Assembly: GCA_030390025.1 (NCBI GenBank)
Contig: CM059431.1
Coordinates: forward strand, 159,156,001-159,220,000
Length of the DNA: 64,000 nucleotides
Source: Squalus acanthias
Lineage: Eukaryota
Direction: 5' to 3'
Part shown: in pieces, positions 12,640 to 25,552 of the stretch
Layout of the letters: every line of letters starts with the position of its first letter
Position numbering within the stretch: position 1 is the first letter of the stretch
Program-made: the position numbers and the translations under genes
The notes under the pieces: generated by a model
Seen by the model: only the letters and a program-made list of their open reading frames with translations
Database searches by the model: none
What the model was told of the DNA's origin: nothing

Positions 12640-13332
12640 GTAAAATCCAGTGATGCCCGCTGATCGTGTGTGTGCATGTTGGCTGGCGCTGCGGACCCGA
12701 ACCGTTCACTTTTATTTCCACGTTTTTCTCCACTTTTCCTTTTCTCTCTATCCCTCCCTGATCGCTCTCTTTTGTCATCATGCCTCCTTTCATCTCTTCT
12801 TCTGGCACACACTGCTCTTCCAAATCCAAACACCAACGCTTCATTACTCTTCGAACTTCCTACTTTCCTGTTGACATCCCAGGTTTGACACCCTCTTAGA
12901 TAAGTCTACAGCTTCCCTCTGTGTCTCTCTTGGCATCCTCCGAAATTCCCACCGTGGCACTCGGTGCTGCTTCCTCACGAGCAGCAATCCCAACTGTATT
13001 ACCCTACTCTTTCGTCAAGCTTCCCGCCTAGCCCATTCGCTGTGGTCTAATCTTGTCAATCTCCTTCCCGTCTAACTCAGCCCTCCCAGTGCTGAACCTT
13101 TGGACACTGGCAGTGGATTAGACATCACCGAATCTCTCCGCATCTACCTCCAGAATGTTGATTCTTGCCATCCATGAGCATATCGTGGATGTTTGCATCG
13201 AACACATGGCCCTGACGGAAACTTGGCTGAGGGGTGATGACACCTTACCCTTAAATGAAGCCTCTGCGCCGAGCTATAGGTTCTTCCAATTGCCCAACAC
13301 AGACAGGCATGGCGGGAATGTGGCTCTCATTA
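12640..13332 (+). mobile_element. L2 5' portion, truncated duplicate of 18470-19185
   Basis: ORF 13155-13382 has the endonuclease motif MALTETWL…HGGNVALI and is collinear with the longer L2. Confidence 0.8.
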
Positions 13333-13940
13333 ACACGCCCAAACAACCCCACTGTTCCAAACCCACACTAATACCCCACTAACCCAGCCAACACCGACAC
13401 CCCACGGACCTAGCACCGACCCACCCACTAACCCAGCCCCACACTGACAACCCACTGACCCTGCCCCGACACCATCACTGACCTAGCCCCGAAACCCTCA
13501 CTGACCCAGCCCCGAAAACATCACTCACCCAGCCCCGGCACCCTCACTGACCTAGCTTCGACACCCTCACTGACCCAGCCCAACCCCGACACCCCACTGA
13601 CCCAGACTGACACCGACACCCTCACTGACCCAGCGCATCACCGACACGCCACTGACCTAGCCCAACACAGATACCTCACTGACCCAGCCCAAAACCGACA
13701 ACTCACTAACACAGCCCATCGCTGACACACTCAGTGACCCAGCCCATCACCGATACTCCACTGACCCAACCCAAAACCGAAACCCCACTCACACAACCGA
13801 ACACTGCACTCACCCAGCCCGACACTGACAATCCACGGACCCAGCCCCACCCCACAGGATGGCTGCACACCATGTCTGACACAAGAGGTCGGGCTCAATA
13901 TTCTAGGGCTCCGAGCCCACAGGATGGCACTGTAGCTTCC

Positions 13941-14036
13941 CTGGCAAAAGGTTGCGGACAAGATGAATGTGCTTTAAAGTATCTGCAGCATCCAGGGACT
14001 GATTCCGAATGAGATGGCGTACAGCAAAGGTCATGT
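13941..14036 (-). pseudogene. Candidate exon 'Y2' (x)MTFAVRHLIRNQSLDAADTLKHIHLVRNLLP with mutated donor
   Basis: Acceptor tattctatccag|, open 96-nt frame, but the donor reads CAG|GGAAGC where the paralog has GTGAGC. Confidence 0.55.
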
Positions 14037-15231
14037 CTGGATAGAATAGCCAAATACCGGACTTACCCGGTTGATGAGGCAAGATTACAGTCTCCACAGC
14101 AACAGCTTTCATTTATAAAACTTTTTTAATGTAATAAGATGTTCCAAGTTACATCGCAGGAGCGTTATCAAACAAAATTTAACACCGAGCTAAATATTAG
14201 GACAGGTGACCAAAAGCCTGGCTAAAGAGCTATGTTTTAAGGAGCGTCATAAGGAGAGAGATGGATTTCCAGACTTTATGGCAGTTGAAAATTCGGGGAT
14301 GCGCAAGTGGCCAGAATTACGGGATCGCAGAGATCTCGACGGTTTAGAGTTGGAGGAGGTGACACAGATTGGGAGTGGCGAGCCATGGAGGGATTTGAAA
14401 ACACTGATGAGAATTTTTAAATCGAGGTGTTGCCGGATCGTGAGCCAGTGTAGGTCAGAATGCACATGGGTGATTGATACTTTCAATAGATCTATACAGA
14501 CATGTCTCAGAAAAGGTGCATCAAAAACGTCAAATACAAGTTGTCTACAGCTAATCTGTTCCAGCCTCGGCTTTATCTCTAAATGTTCATTAATTCAACC
14601 TGGAATTACATGTTCGAACAACTTTCTCACAAACAACAGATTAATTGGTCTTCAGTTACCCGCAGATCATCTCTCCCCATTTTAACAGAGACATTGTTTG
14701 GGCTCTTTCAGTCCGCCTGTACTTTTCCGATATTACATGAGGATAGAAAAATTGTGCTCAGAGTTCCTTTTATCTCCCCAGTGATTTTTCTTTAACAGCC
14801 TGAGGTGCATTATCTCTGGGTCCAGTGACTTATCCACCTCAGCTATTTTTCTCAGATCCAATTCCTTCTGTAATGTTATCTCTAACGGTGGACCCACATC
14901 CTCCTCCATTACATCAACATTTTCACTTCCTCTATCAATGGAACTCTTTTTTACCTGCAAAACCTTCACCCTCCACGAGTTTCCCCCAGCTCCCCCTCTA
15001 TCTCACCTCCACAGCAACGTTCCCGCTAAGCTGCACGACCGCGCAGCTATCTGGAGATCCTGCTCAGGCCGCTTACCGACTTTTCCATGGCAGATTTTTT
15101 CTCATGCGCGAAATTGTGAATGGTCCGCTCAGCTCATTAAAGGGTGCCGCACCTAAAAAATATTAGGGGGAACATTGCTTTTTCCCTTCTTAATGCTTAC
15201 CTTTGTACATATAGATTACTTGGAATTACAA

Positions 15232-16735
15232 ACAATATAAAGCACAGAAACAGGCCATTCGGCCCAACCAGTCCATTTATGTTCCACTCCAGCCTCCTCC
15301 CATCTTTCCTCATCAAACTATCAGCATAACCCTGTATTCCCTTCTCCCTCATAGGCTTATCAAGCCTCCCCTTAAATGCATCTATAATATTCGCTTCAAC
15401 CACTCCCTGTTGTAGCGAGTTTCGCATTTTCAGCACTCTCTGGCTAAAGATGTTTCTCCTGAATTCCCTATTTTATTTCTTGGTGACTATCTTATATTGA
15501 TGGCCTCTAGTTTTGCTCTTCACCACAAGTGGAAACACTCTGTCTACTGTATCAAAACCTTAAGAATTTTAAAGACTTGTAATATGTCACTCCTAAATCC
15601 TCTCTTTTCACGAGAAAAGTGACCAAGCCTGTTCAAACTTTCCTGATATGTAGAACCGCGCAGTTTTGGTATCATCCTTGTAAATCCTTTTAGCACCTAC
15701 TCCATTGCCTCTATATGCGTTTTCCATAATACAGCGACCAGAACTGTACACATTACTCCAAGTCTGGTCTAACCAAGGTTCGATACAAGTGTATCATAAC
15801 TTCCCTACTTTTCAATTCTATCCCTCTACAAGGGAATCCCAGTGCTTGTTTTGCTCTTGTTATGTCTTTATTAACCTGCGTTGTAACTTATAATGATTTG
15901 TGTATTTTTAATCCGAGATCACTTTGTTCCACTACCCCATAAAGATTCTTATTTCTAAATAATTTGTGAACTCCTCACTTTTCTAACCAAAATGTGATAA
16001 AACACATGTATCTATGTTGATATTTATTTGCCAATGATATGCCGATTCTGCAAGTTTATTAATGGCTACCTGTAAATTATTGAAGTCCTCCTCAGTGTTG
16101 ACTATCCGTCCTTATTTGAGGTTGTCCACGAATTGAGTAATTTTATATTTGATTCAAAATTCTAAATCGTTCATGTAAATTGTGAACAACAGTGGTCTCA
16201 GCACTGATGCTTGTGGAGCAGCACTATCCACCTTCTGCCACTCTGAATAGCTACCCTTTACCCCTACTCTCTGATTTTTGTCCTGCAGCCACCAAGCTAT
16301 CCATTCTGCTACGTGTCCCCTGACTCTTCATGCTCTCACCTCATTCATTAGTTTATTATGTTGCACCTTATCAAAGACCTTTTAGAATTCCACAGAGATT
16401 ACATCTACCACATTACCCCTGTCTACTCTCTCTGTTCCCTCGTCAAAGAATTCAATGAAGCTGCTCAAGCAAGAATTTCCCATTGAAATCCATGTTGAGT
16501 ATTCATTATTATATCTTTGCTTGCTAGATTTTTTTCTATTTTCTCTTTCAGTACAGTTTGCATTATTGTTCCTACTACTGATTTAAGCTGACTGGTCTTT
16601 AGTTTCCTTGATATGTTCTATCCCCCTTCTTAAATATAGGTATAACGTCAGACATCCGCGAGTCCTCTGGCATGACACCTGTATCGAACGAATTATTCAA
16701 CATGTGTAACAGTGCCTTTTCACTATTTTACTTTA
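15232..16735 (-). mobile_element. CR1 LINE, 5'-truncated and degenerate (RT plus 3'UTR)
   Basis: Collinear with the young minus-strand CR1 at 42529-44050 (3'UTR hairpin aggccattcggccc, RT motifs), with many stops. Confidence 0.85.
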
Positions 16736-18185
16736 AAATGCACGGATTCTACCTTAATATAGCGCCCAGGAAGAGCCTTTTCTTCAAAACATCTCTCTCT
16801 TCCTTTGAGACGCTCCTGAAAACCTCCCTCTCTGACGAAGCTTTTTGTTCACCTGTCCGAATATCTCCTTATGTGGCTCGCTATCACATTTTGTTTGATA
16901 ACGCTCCTGTGAACAGCCTTAGGACGTTTTACTACGTTAAAGATGCTATAGAAATAAAAGTGTTTTATTGTTCTTCTAGCCCTGTCCTGGAACCCTTTAT
17001 TGTTTATGGCGTCCACAATTATTTTTCTCCTCCTCAAAATGTTATGACCAGGAACATATCTCTGAATCCAGTGAAATCCCAGGCCCTGTAGTTTCGATAC
17101 TAAATCACATCATCTCTCATGCTTCTGACTTTCCAAATGTCATTGGAATGATTTGTACATTTACAGGCATAACAGTCAATCCACAATCCAACTCTTTGTA
17201 ATGTTGATCCTATTTTAACTTGAATTTTGTTAACACCTAGTCAACTCATCTCAAACTACACGAAAACAGTCTTCCATTTTCCTGCTAGTAATTTTTAACT
17301 ATTTCATAAATATTCTGTTTCAGCTCCAACAGTTTTATAAATTCCGCTCTTTCATCTCAGATGTGGATTATTGCCCCCCTACATTCATATCAGTTGATAC
17401 ACTTCCCACTGCACCATTCAACTATTCTGTAAAACCATTGTTGTTGGTAGGTTCAGATCGCCAACGTCCCTTCCGTTCTCCCCGAACTCACTGTAGTGCA
17501 CCAACAACCCGAATCCTTCTCTCCTGCTCCAGCCAAGTAGCCCCACATTGACTTGACTCATAATTCCCTTAATAAGCGTCCCAGTGCAAAACAATCCAGA
17601 GATAAACTCTTTGAGACCATATTTTTATTCAAGTGCCTGAGTCTTAATATTCCCTCTATAAATGCTTTTCTATCCGTGTTACTGATTCCGAGCATGGGTA
17701 ATTTCTGCTCTCCTTTCCTTCCCAGAGATGTTCCCACCTGTTCCATGATGTTCTTCCCTCTGGCACCGGGGAGGCATTTTAAAATTCGGCACCTGCTCTG
17801 GGCTGCATAGGAGTCGGTCTATTCCCCTGAATATTAAAAGTCCCAACACGATAGATCTCTTTTTCCTGTGCATCACATGCCTCTCATCCCACTATGGTAG
17901 CATCCTGCTCCCTGGTACCACACTGTTGCACAGGAAGACTCTCCTCTGAGTCACTGTGTCTATCCACATTACAGTCCCCAATACCAGGTATCTAATGAAC
18001 AGTTCCAGTACTCAGTGGCTCCCTCCACCTGTGACTGTGATGCCCCTCTAGATGGTCACTCACATCGCTTTTTCTACTCAGCCCCTGTTCTCTTCCCTCT
18101 TCCTGTGTGAGCTACAGGTTCTTGCACGTGATCTGGACCTTTTGTAAGGACAGGAATTTTATGTTAAAGCATTTTCTGAACCTAC

Positions 18186-18281
18186 CTGTGTCTTTCCTTA
18201 TCCTTTTTGAAGATGCAAGATCTTCTCCCCTGTTTGGACCTTCAGCCATGGTCGGGACAGGCGTTCCAATATTCTGATGCT
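18186..18281 (-). CDS. Candidate 96-nt phase-1/1 exon 'X2': (x)HQNIGTPVPTMAEGPNRGEDLASSKRIRKDT, with a Kozak ATG
   Basis: Acceptor aatgtttacag|, donor CAG|GTAGGT, ACCATGG context (ATG at 18247-18249). From recollection it resembles N-termini of shark NLR-like predicted proteins; unverified. Confidence 0.65.
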
Positions 18282-18469
18282 CTGTAAACATTATAATATT
18301 AACAGGAGTGTTAGAAGGAAGTATTAAAATAAGAAGGAGAACGCTGCCTTGTGAAACATGATATCAAGACCCTCCTCCCCCATCAGTTCAACAGATGTTA
18401 GCTCTGGGTGTGAACATTTCCCGACTGTTATGATCAACATGTCACATCAGGTGTGACAAAGACAGCTGC

Positions 18470-21400
18470 CCAATGAAAACCAGTGAGTTCTGCTGATCTT
18501 GCGTGTGCGTGTTGGCTGGCGCTGCGGATACGAACTGTTCACTTCTATTTACCACTCTTTTCTCTCCTTTACCTTATCTCTCTATCGCTCCCTGATTGCT
18601 CTCTGCTCTCATTATGCCTCCTTTCATCTTTCCTCTCTCGGATACACTGCTCTTCCAAATCCCTACACCAACCCTTCATTACTCTTCGACCTTCCTAATC
18701 TCCTGTTGACTTCCCAGGTTGAAACCCTCTTAGATAAGTCTACAGCCTTCCTCTGTGCCTGTCTTTGCATTCTCCGAACGGCCCACGGTGGCATTCGTTG
18801 CTGCCTCCTCACGAGCAGCAATCCCAAATGTATGATCCTACTCTTTCGCCGACCTTCCCGCCCAGCCCGCACGCTGATTGCTAACCTTGCCAATCTCCTT
18901 CCCGTCGAACTCACCACTCCCAGCGCTAAACGTGTGGACACTGGCAATGCGTTAGCCATCACCGAACCTCTCCCCATTTCTCTCCAGAATGTCCTTTCGC
19001 CATCGAACAAGGTCCTTGCCATCCATGAGATTATCATGGATGATTGCATCGACATCATGGCCCTGATGGAAACGTGGCTGAGGGGTGATGACACCTTACA
19101 CTTAAATGAAGCCACCCCACCTGGCTATACCTTCCACCACTTGCCCAGCCAAGACACCCATGGCGGCAGTGTGGCTCTTATCACCAAATCTCACCTTGGT
19201 CTGTCTCCCTACTCCTCCACCACTTCATCCTCCTTTGAGCATCACACATTATTCCACAAATCTCACCACATTTAAAATTCTCGTTCTCTATCCCCCACCC
19301 AAGTAACATTATAATTTTATCACCGAGATAGCTTCACTGATCTCTTCCCTCAGCATCTGCACCGAGCGACTTCTCATCCTCGGTGATTTCAACCTTCATC
19401 TCAATTCATGATGCTCTCTCTCCTCTGAGTTCACTGCCCTGCAAACTCCCTTAATCTCTCCCTCCACGTAAACGCCCAAACCCATATTAAGGGCCACAAC
19501 CTCGACCTTACCATCTCTCGTGGCCTCGCTACATCCATCGTGTCAATTGCAGATAAAGCCTTCTCCTACCATTTGCTTCTGTCACTCTCCTCCCACCTCC
19601 ACTTTCTCTCCAAACCCTACTACAATCTGTTTCCTCCCCTCTAAAAAAAATCTCTCCCAACTCTCTTACAACTGCACTTATGAAATCCCAAAAACCAGCC
19701 TTTGGCCCTCCATTCACAACAACATTTCTGCAGCTACCGATCTGTTCAACCACACCCTCACCACCACCTTCGATGCCGTAGTCCCTATTAAATCAATTAC
19801 ACTGTCTCACCCTGGCTGTTCCAACAGGTATGGTTCTGATCTTAGCTCCCTTAAGTCCAAGAGACGCAGACTTGAACAGATATGGCGGACAACTGGTTTA
19901 GTCTTTCGTCATCACATCTGGCTGGATCACATAAAGCATTATGGGTTCTTGCTCTCGTCTGCCAAAAATGCTCACTATTCCAGAATCATTATTGGAATGC
20001 AGAGCTAAACCCTGGCTTCTATTCTCCACGGCTAACCAACTTCTTATACCCCTATTCCCTGCCTCCTCCACTCTCACCTCAAATAACAAGAGCGTGGAGC
20101 TCATGAACTTCTTTGTTTCTAAGATTGACACCCTACTATCAGCTGCCTCTGCCACTTCTCTTCCTTCCCTTAGCCCTCCAGGCCAAACTTCCCCTAAGTC
20201 TCGCCCCTACCCCACCCCTGAACTCGCATTTTTCTCCAGTTTCTCTCCGATCTCCGCTCCTGACTTCGCCGAGCTCATATGAGACCCACGTGCTGCTCCC
20301 TCGACCCTATTCCCAACAAACTGCTGAAAACTCAACTTCCTTGTCTGGCTCCTTTCTTAGCTGACATTGTTAACGGTTCTCTCTCCTCAGATACTGTGCC
20401 CCTCTCCTTCAAACCTGCCTTCATCACCACTATCCTCAAAAAAACAACCCTCGACTCCTCCGTCCTTGCAATCTATCGCCCCATTTCCTACCTTCCTTCC
20501 CGCTCCAAAGTCTTTGAACATGTTGTCACCTCCCAAATCCATGCCCATCTTTCCCGGAACTCCATGTTTGAATCCCACCAATCAGGTTTCCGCCATTGCC
20601 ACAGTACCGAAACGGCTCTCATCGAAGTCACAAATGACACCGTTTGCGACTTTGACAAAGACAAAATATCCCTCCACGTCCTTCTCAACTTCTCCGCAGC
20701 CTTTGACACGTTTGACCACTCCACAGTCCTCCAGCGCCTTTCCACCGTCGTACAGCTGGGGGGTGGGGGGGTGGGTGGGACTGTACTCGTCTGGTTCCAC
20801 TCTTACCTGTCGTAGCCAGAGACACAACTGGAATGACTTCTCTTCCCGCTCCCACATGGTTACGTCTGTTGTTCCACAAAAATCTATCCTTGGCCCCCTG
20901 CTATTCCTCATCCACATGCTGCCCCTTGACGACATCATCGGAAAACACAGCGTCAGTTCCCACATTATACGCTGACGACACCCAGCTCTACATCATCGCC
21001 ACTTCTCTCGACCCCTCCACGGTCTCTAAATTGTCAGACTGCTTGTCCGACATCCAGTTCTGAATGATCAGAAATGTTCTCCAGTCAAATATTGCTAAGA
21101 TATTGTTTTCATTCCCGCCACCGACTCCATCCCTCTCCTTAACATCTGCCTGAGGCCGAACCACACTCTTGGCAAACATATAGTAATTTTCGACACTGAA
21201 CTAAGCTTTCTACCACCTATCTGCGGCATAACTAAGACCGCCTATTTCCACCTCTGTAACATCGCCCGTCTCCGCCTCTGCCTCATCTCATCTGCTGCTG
21301 GAACCCTCATCCATGCCTGTGTTACCACTAGACTTGAATATTCCAACGCACTCCTGGCTGGCCTCCCACAATCTACCCTATGTAAACCTGACGTCATCCA

Positions 21401-23430
21401 TATCTCGGATGCACGTGTCCTAACTCACACCAAGTCCCGTTCACCCATCACACCTGTGCTCGCTGACATACATTGGCTCCTGGTTAAGCAACGCCTCGAT
21501 TTCAAAATTCTCACCCTTGTTTTCAATTCCCTCCATGGCCTCGACCCTCCCTACCTCTAATGTCTTCCAGCAAATGCTATGGGCCCCGACAACATCCCAG
21601 CTATCGTGCTGAAGACTTGTGCTCCAGAACTAGCCGCGCCTCTAGCCAAGCTGTTCCAATACAGCTACAACACTGGCATCTATCCGACTGGTAAACTGCC
21701 CAGGTATGTCCTGTCCTCAAAAAGACTAACAAATCCAACTCAGCCAGTTACCGCCCGATTAGTCTGCTCTCAATCATCAGCCATGTGATTGAATGTGTCA
21801 TCGATAGTGCTCTCAAGCGGCACGAACTCACAAATAACCTGCTCACTGTTTCCCAGTTTGGGTCCACTCAGCTCCCGAACTCATCATAGCCTTGTTTCAA
21901 ACATGGACAAATGAGCTGAATTCCAGAGGTGAGGTGAGAGTAACTGCCCTTGACATAAAGGCAGAATTTGACTGGGTGTGGCTTCAAGGAGCCCTAGTAA
22001 AATTGAAGTCATATGGGAATCGGGGGGGGGAACGCTGCATTGCTGGAGACATATCCAGCACAAAGGAAGATGGTTCTGGTGGTTTAAGCTCAATCATCAC
22101 AGCCCCAGGACATCGCTGCAGGAGTTCCTCAGGGCAGTGTCCTAGACCCAACCATCTTCAGCTGCTTCATCAATGAACTTCCCTCCAACAAAAGGTGAGA
22201 AATGGGGATCTTCGCTGATGACTGCACAGTGTTCAGCGCCATTCACAATTCCTAATATAATTTAGCTGTCCATGCCCGCATGCAACAAGACCTGGACGAC
22301 GTTCAGGCTTGTGCTGATAATTGGCAGGTAACATTCGTGCCACAGAAGTGCCCGGCAATGACTATCTCCAACAAGTGAGAGTCTAACCATCTCCCCTTGA
22401 CATTCAACATCGAATCTCCAACCATCAATACCCTGGGGGTCACCGTTGACCTGAAACTTAACTAGATCAGCCACATAAAAACTATGGCAACAAGCGCAGA
22501 TCAGAGGCTAGGTATTCTGCGGCGAGTGTATCACCTCCTGATTCCCCAACACCTTTCCATCATCTGCAAATCACAAGTAAGGGGCGTGATGGAATACTCT
22601 CCATTTGCCTGGATGAGTGCAGCTCCAGCAACACTCAAGAACCTCGACAAAATCCAGGACAAAACAGCCCGCTTGATTGGCACCACATCCACCACGTTAA
22701 ACATCCACTCCCTCCGCCACCGGCGTACCGTGGCTGCAGTGTGTACCATTGAGAAGATGCACTACAGCAACTCGCCAAGGATACTTTGGCAGCACCTCCC
22801 AAACCCGCGACCTCTTCCACCTAGAAGGACAAGGACAGCAGGCGCATGGGAACACCACCACCTCCAGGTTCCCCTTCAAGTCACACACCATCCTGACTTA
22901 GAAGTATATCGCTGATCCTTCATCGTCGCTGGATCAAAATCCTGGAACTCTGTAAATAAAAGCGCTATGGGAGTATCTTCACCACACAGACGGCAGCTTT
23001 TCAAGAAGGCAGGTCACCAACACCTTCTCAAGGGCAATTAGGGATAGGTAATAAATGCTGACCTTTCCAGCGACACCCACATCCCGTAAACGAATAAGAA
23101 GTCCCACCCCCACGCGAGATAAATGCTCTCCTATAATTCTGCCCTCTTGATCATCCCTGATAATAATCGCTCAAGCATTGGTGGCCGTGCCATCTGTTGC
23201 CTAGGCACTAATTTCTGGAAATCCCTCCCTAAACCTCACCGACTCTCGACTTCACATTCCTTCTTTAAGTCGCTCCTTAAAACTTACCTCTTTGACCAAG
23301 CTTTTAGTTATCTAACCTAATTTCTCCTTACCTGGCTCGGTATCAAGTTTTTGTCTTATAATACACCTGTGAAGCGCATTTGGGACGTTTTACTCCTATC
23401 GACGCGCTATATAAATACAATTTGTTGTTG
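18470..23430 (+). mobile_element. L2 LINE (APE endonuclease + RT, frameshifted), interrupted by a nested LINE at ~21571-23100
   Basis: Motifs IMALMETWL…HGGSVALI, CSLDPIP, YRPISYLP, QSGFRHCHSTETAL, SAAFDT, LYADDTQLY. The 3' end resumes at ~23101 and ends in …gctatataaatacaatttgttgttg. Confidence 0.92.
21571..23100 (+). mobile_element. 5'-truncated CR1/L2-group LINE nested in the L2
   Basis: MGPDNIPAIVLKTCAPELAAPLAKLF, LDIKAEFDWVW, GVPQGSVL, FADD, VRGVMEYSPFAW motifs. It splits the host L2 between …ccagc and …cccacccc. Confidence 0.85.
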
Positions 23431-23559
23431 ATCTCCACAACCGAGTTCCAGATGTGCTCCCGTCGGCCGGGACTCCGCACTGAGAGTGCCCGTTTGTAAG
23501 CTTTACTCACGGTGCACGCCAAAACCAGCCTTATTCCTGAGGTAGAGAATATTCTGTAG

Positions 23560-24272
23560 CGAAATTTGGAGCTTGTGATTATTGATAAATTAAATGATCC
23601 TTCACTAGGTTTTACACTCTGGCGGTATAATATTATATTTATTCACCGATTTTTGTTTAATATTTTGCATTTGCTGTATTTTGATATTATTTCTTGTAGT
23701 TTATGACTATGATATCGATCCACACACAAAATATTTCTAGATGTGATCCCTCTGGTCTCTATGGGCTGTGACATTGTCCGTGTGTTACTGGAGATGAGTC
23801 CTGATTGGTGCTTCTATTTGAATATATTGACCATATCTCTCATGGTGTCAGCAGCTGAGGAATCAGCACTGTAGCAGGTGAGGTCACTTACCACTGTTCC
23901 ACTAATATTAACACTTATGAATAATATTATCAATCATGTAAACTTTAAACAGTGAGATGATGCACAGCATTGATTTCTGGAATATATTTAGGGGTCTGAC
24001 AATCTCAGAATTGGCCATTAATATACAAGTGGTAGATTTAACTGCTGTTTTACAATCACAATTCTCCACTTGTGCTCGTGTCTCGCTGTGTGTGTTCACA
24101 CACGTGCGTCCAATCAAACTCTCAGTCAGTGTCCTTTCCTTTCCCCACTGGGGAAAAATAGTTTCAGTTCCGGATAAGTAATTTCTCCAAAATATAGTTG
24201 AAGTTATATTTCGGAATTAATTTAGAACTAAGTTTGAGACCTTGTAAAACTCAGTTATCTGCTGTTTGATAC
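23560..24272 (-). CDS. Terminal exon plus 3'UTR (copy 2) of a transmembrane-protein gene
   Basis: Acceptor tatttctttgttatactag|. Phase-1 reading is (G)IKQQITEFYKVSNLVLN* (24217-24272); phase-0 reading is VSNSR*. AATAAA on the minus strand at 23638-23643. Paralogous to 520-1239. Confidence 0.5.
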
Positions 24273-24593
24273 CTAGTATAACAAAGAAATAAGTCACATA
24301 AGTCACAACAACAACTTGCATTTCCACAGCTTGAGTGGAGCACAAACGCCGGCATGGTCTGGTTGGGCGGAATCGCCTGTTCTTTGAGGTATCTCCTATG
24401 TAATCGTATGTAATTCACATTTCGCACTCCATACTTTTCTCGCATCGTGCTCTACTTCATCCGGGCATCTGCCTACTTCATTTTTTGTTAATTCTGCCTC
24501 CCATGTTTTACTAACTCCTTACGGTTCACATGTATTTCGTTATACCCTCTATTCCCCCCGCCGACAAAGATACTTCCTCTTGACGTTGCTTAC

Positions 24594-24619
24594 TGAACCG
24601 GCATCCTGCTGTGATTTAC
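24594..24619 (-). CDS. Candidate short cytoplasmic-tail exon (G)KSQQDAGS
   Basis: Acceptor aattaatttcag|, donor TCA|GTAAGC; 26 nt, phase 1->0. Confidence 0.4.
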
Positions 24620-25423
24620 CTGAAATTAATTTAGCAGATAATAAACGAGTTCTCTTCCTTTTATTGGCAGGGATGCGGCGTTGGCAGTTTGCGGGGGCGT
24701 CCGACTCGAAACCAATCGATTGATGAATGTTACATTCATTTATTTCCCTTAACTCCAAGATCAAGCGGGTGCTCAAAATGAACAAGACATACCATTGAAC
24801 AGCGAAAGGAAACGGTGAACGGGTTAACAAGTGAAAAGGGAATATTGTGAACTCAATTGCAATCACACTAATTTTTGTGGATATCACTACAATGAGTAAT
24901 AAGGAAATAATTTTGGGAAAACAGTTTGCGATATGAATAGAAAATAATCAGGCAGTCATCAATAATTTAGCCAATACATGACCGTAGCTGGTATAATTAA
25001 AGAACTGAAGGTACATCACTATAAAACTCAGAGGGATTTGCGGGAGTCGGGTCGGAGAAAGGCGTGAGAGTTATCTCTGTTAATAAAGACAAAACCTCAT
25101 CATCAACAACTTGCATTTGTACGGCGTCTTTAACGTGGAAAATAAATATTCCAAGGCGCCTAACGGAAGTTTTACAGATATAAGAACGCACACATCCGGG
25201 ACAACGAAAATGATAAAAAGGGTTCAAAAGATGTAGATGAAGTGCAGTCAAAAAAGTAGGTTTTTGAGCATAAGTTTAATGATTACCAGGGGACGTAGAG
25301 GTGGATAATTTAGGGAGAGAATAACAAAGTGAGTAGTGTATTTCTTTTTCTCCACCAAAAATGCAACTGGTTATTTCACTATTTGTATTTCCTGCATCTT
25401 TACTGTCGGCGGTGCAATCTTAC

Positions 25424-25552
25424 CGCGATTTTTCCGGTTTTGCCAACAACACGTCACCAGAACTCCTACGGCTCCCACCAGTATTGCAACTAAGACTGCA
25501 ACCGTGACGATTATCTTGCCTTTTTCGTCCATTATTGCAGTATCGTCAATCT
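25424..25552 (-). CDS. Transmembrane exon of a single-pass membrane protein (MHC/Ig-superfamily-style): (E)IDDTAIMDEKGKIIVTVAVLVAILVGAVGVLVTCCWQNRKNR
   Basis: Acceptor ttctttaatttacag|, donor GCG|GTAAGA, 129 nt, phase 1/1. A ~23-residue hydrophobic stretch is followed by CC and a basic stop-transfer sequence (RKNR). Confidence 0.8.

Larger units (their letters stand above)
10020..19185. repeat. Older tandem segmental duplication: ~10090-13332 versus ~13800-19185
   Basis: Collinear blocks 10090-11565 with 13800-15260, and 11585-13332 with 17385-19185. The left copy lacks ~2.1 kb present at 15265-17385. Divergence is visibly higher than in the 6.9-kb array. Confidence 0.9.

Noticed and set aside
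13734..14012. Plus-strand ORF with a faint ankyrin-like look (DGTVASLAKGCGQDECALKYLQ)
   Set aside because: It is the antisense shadow of exon Y, which has the splice signals; the paralog is not in frame at its 5' end.
25424..25552. Assigning the TM exon to MHC class I (gene symbol)
   Set aside because: The exon layout is compatible, but no alpha1-3 or Ig exon is present, so the family cannot be named from this window.
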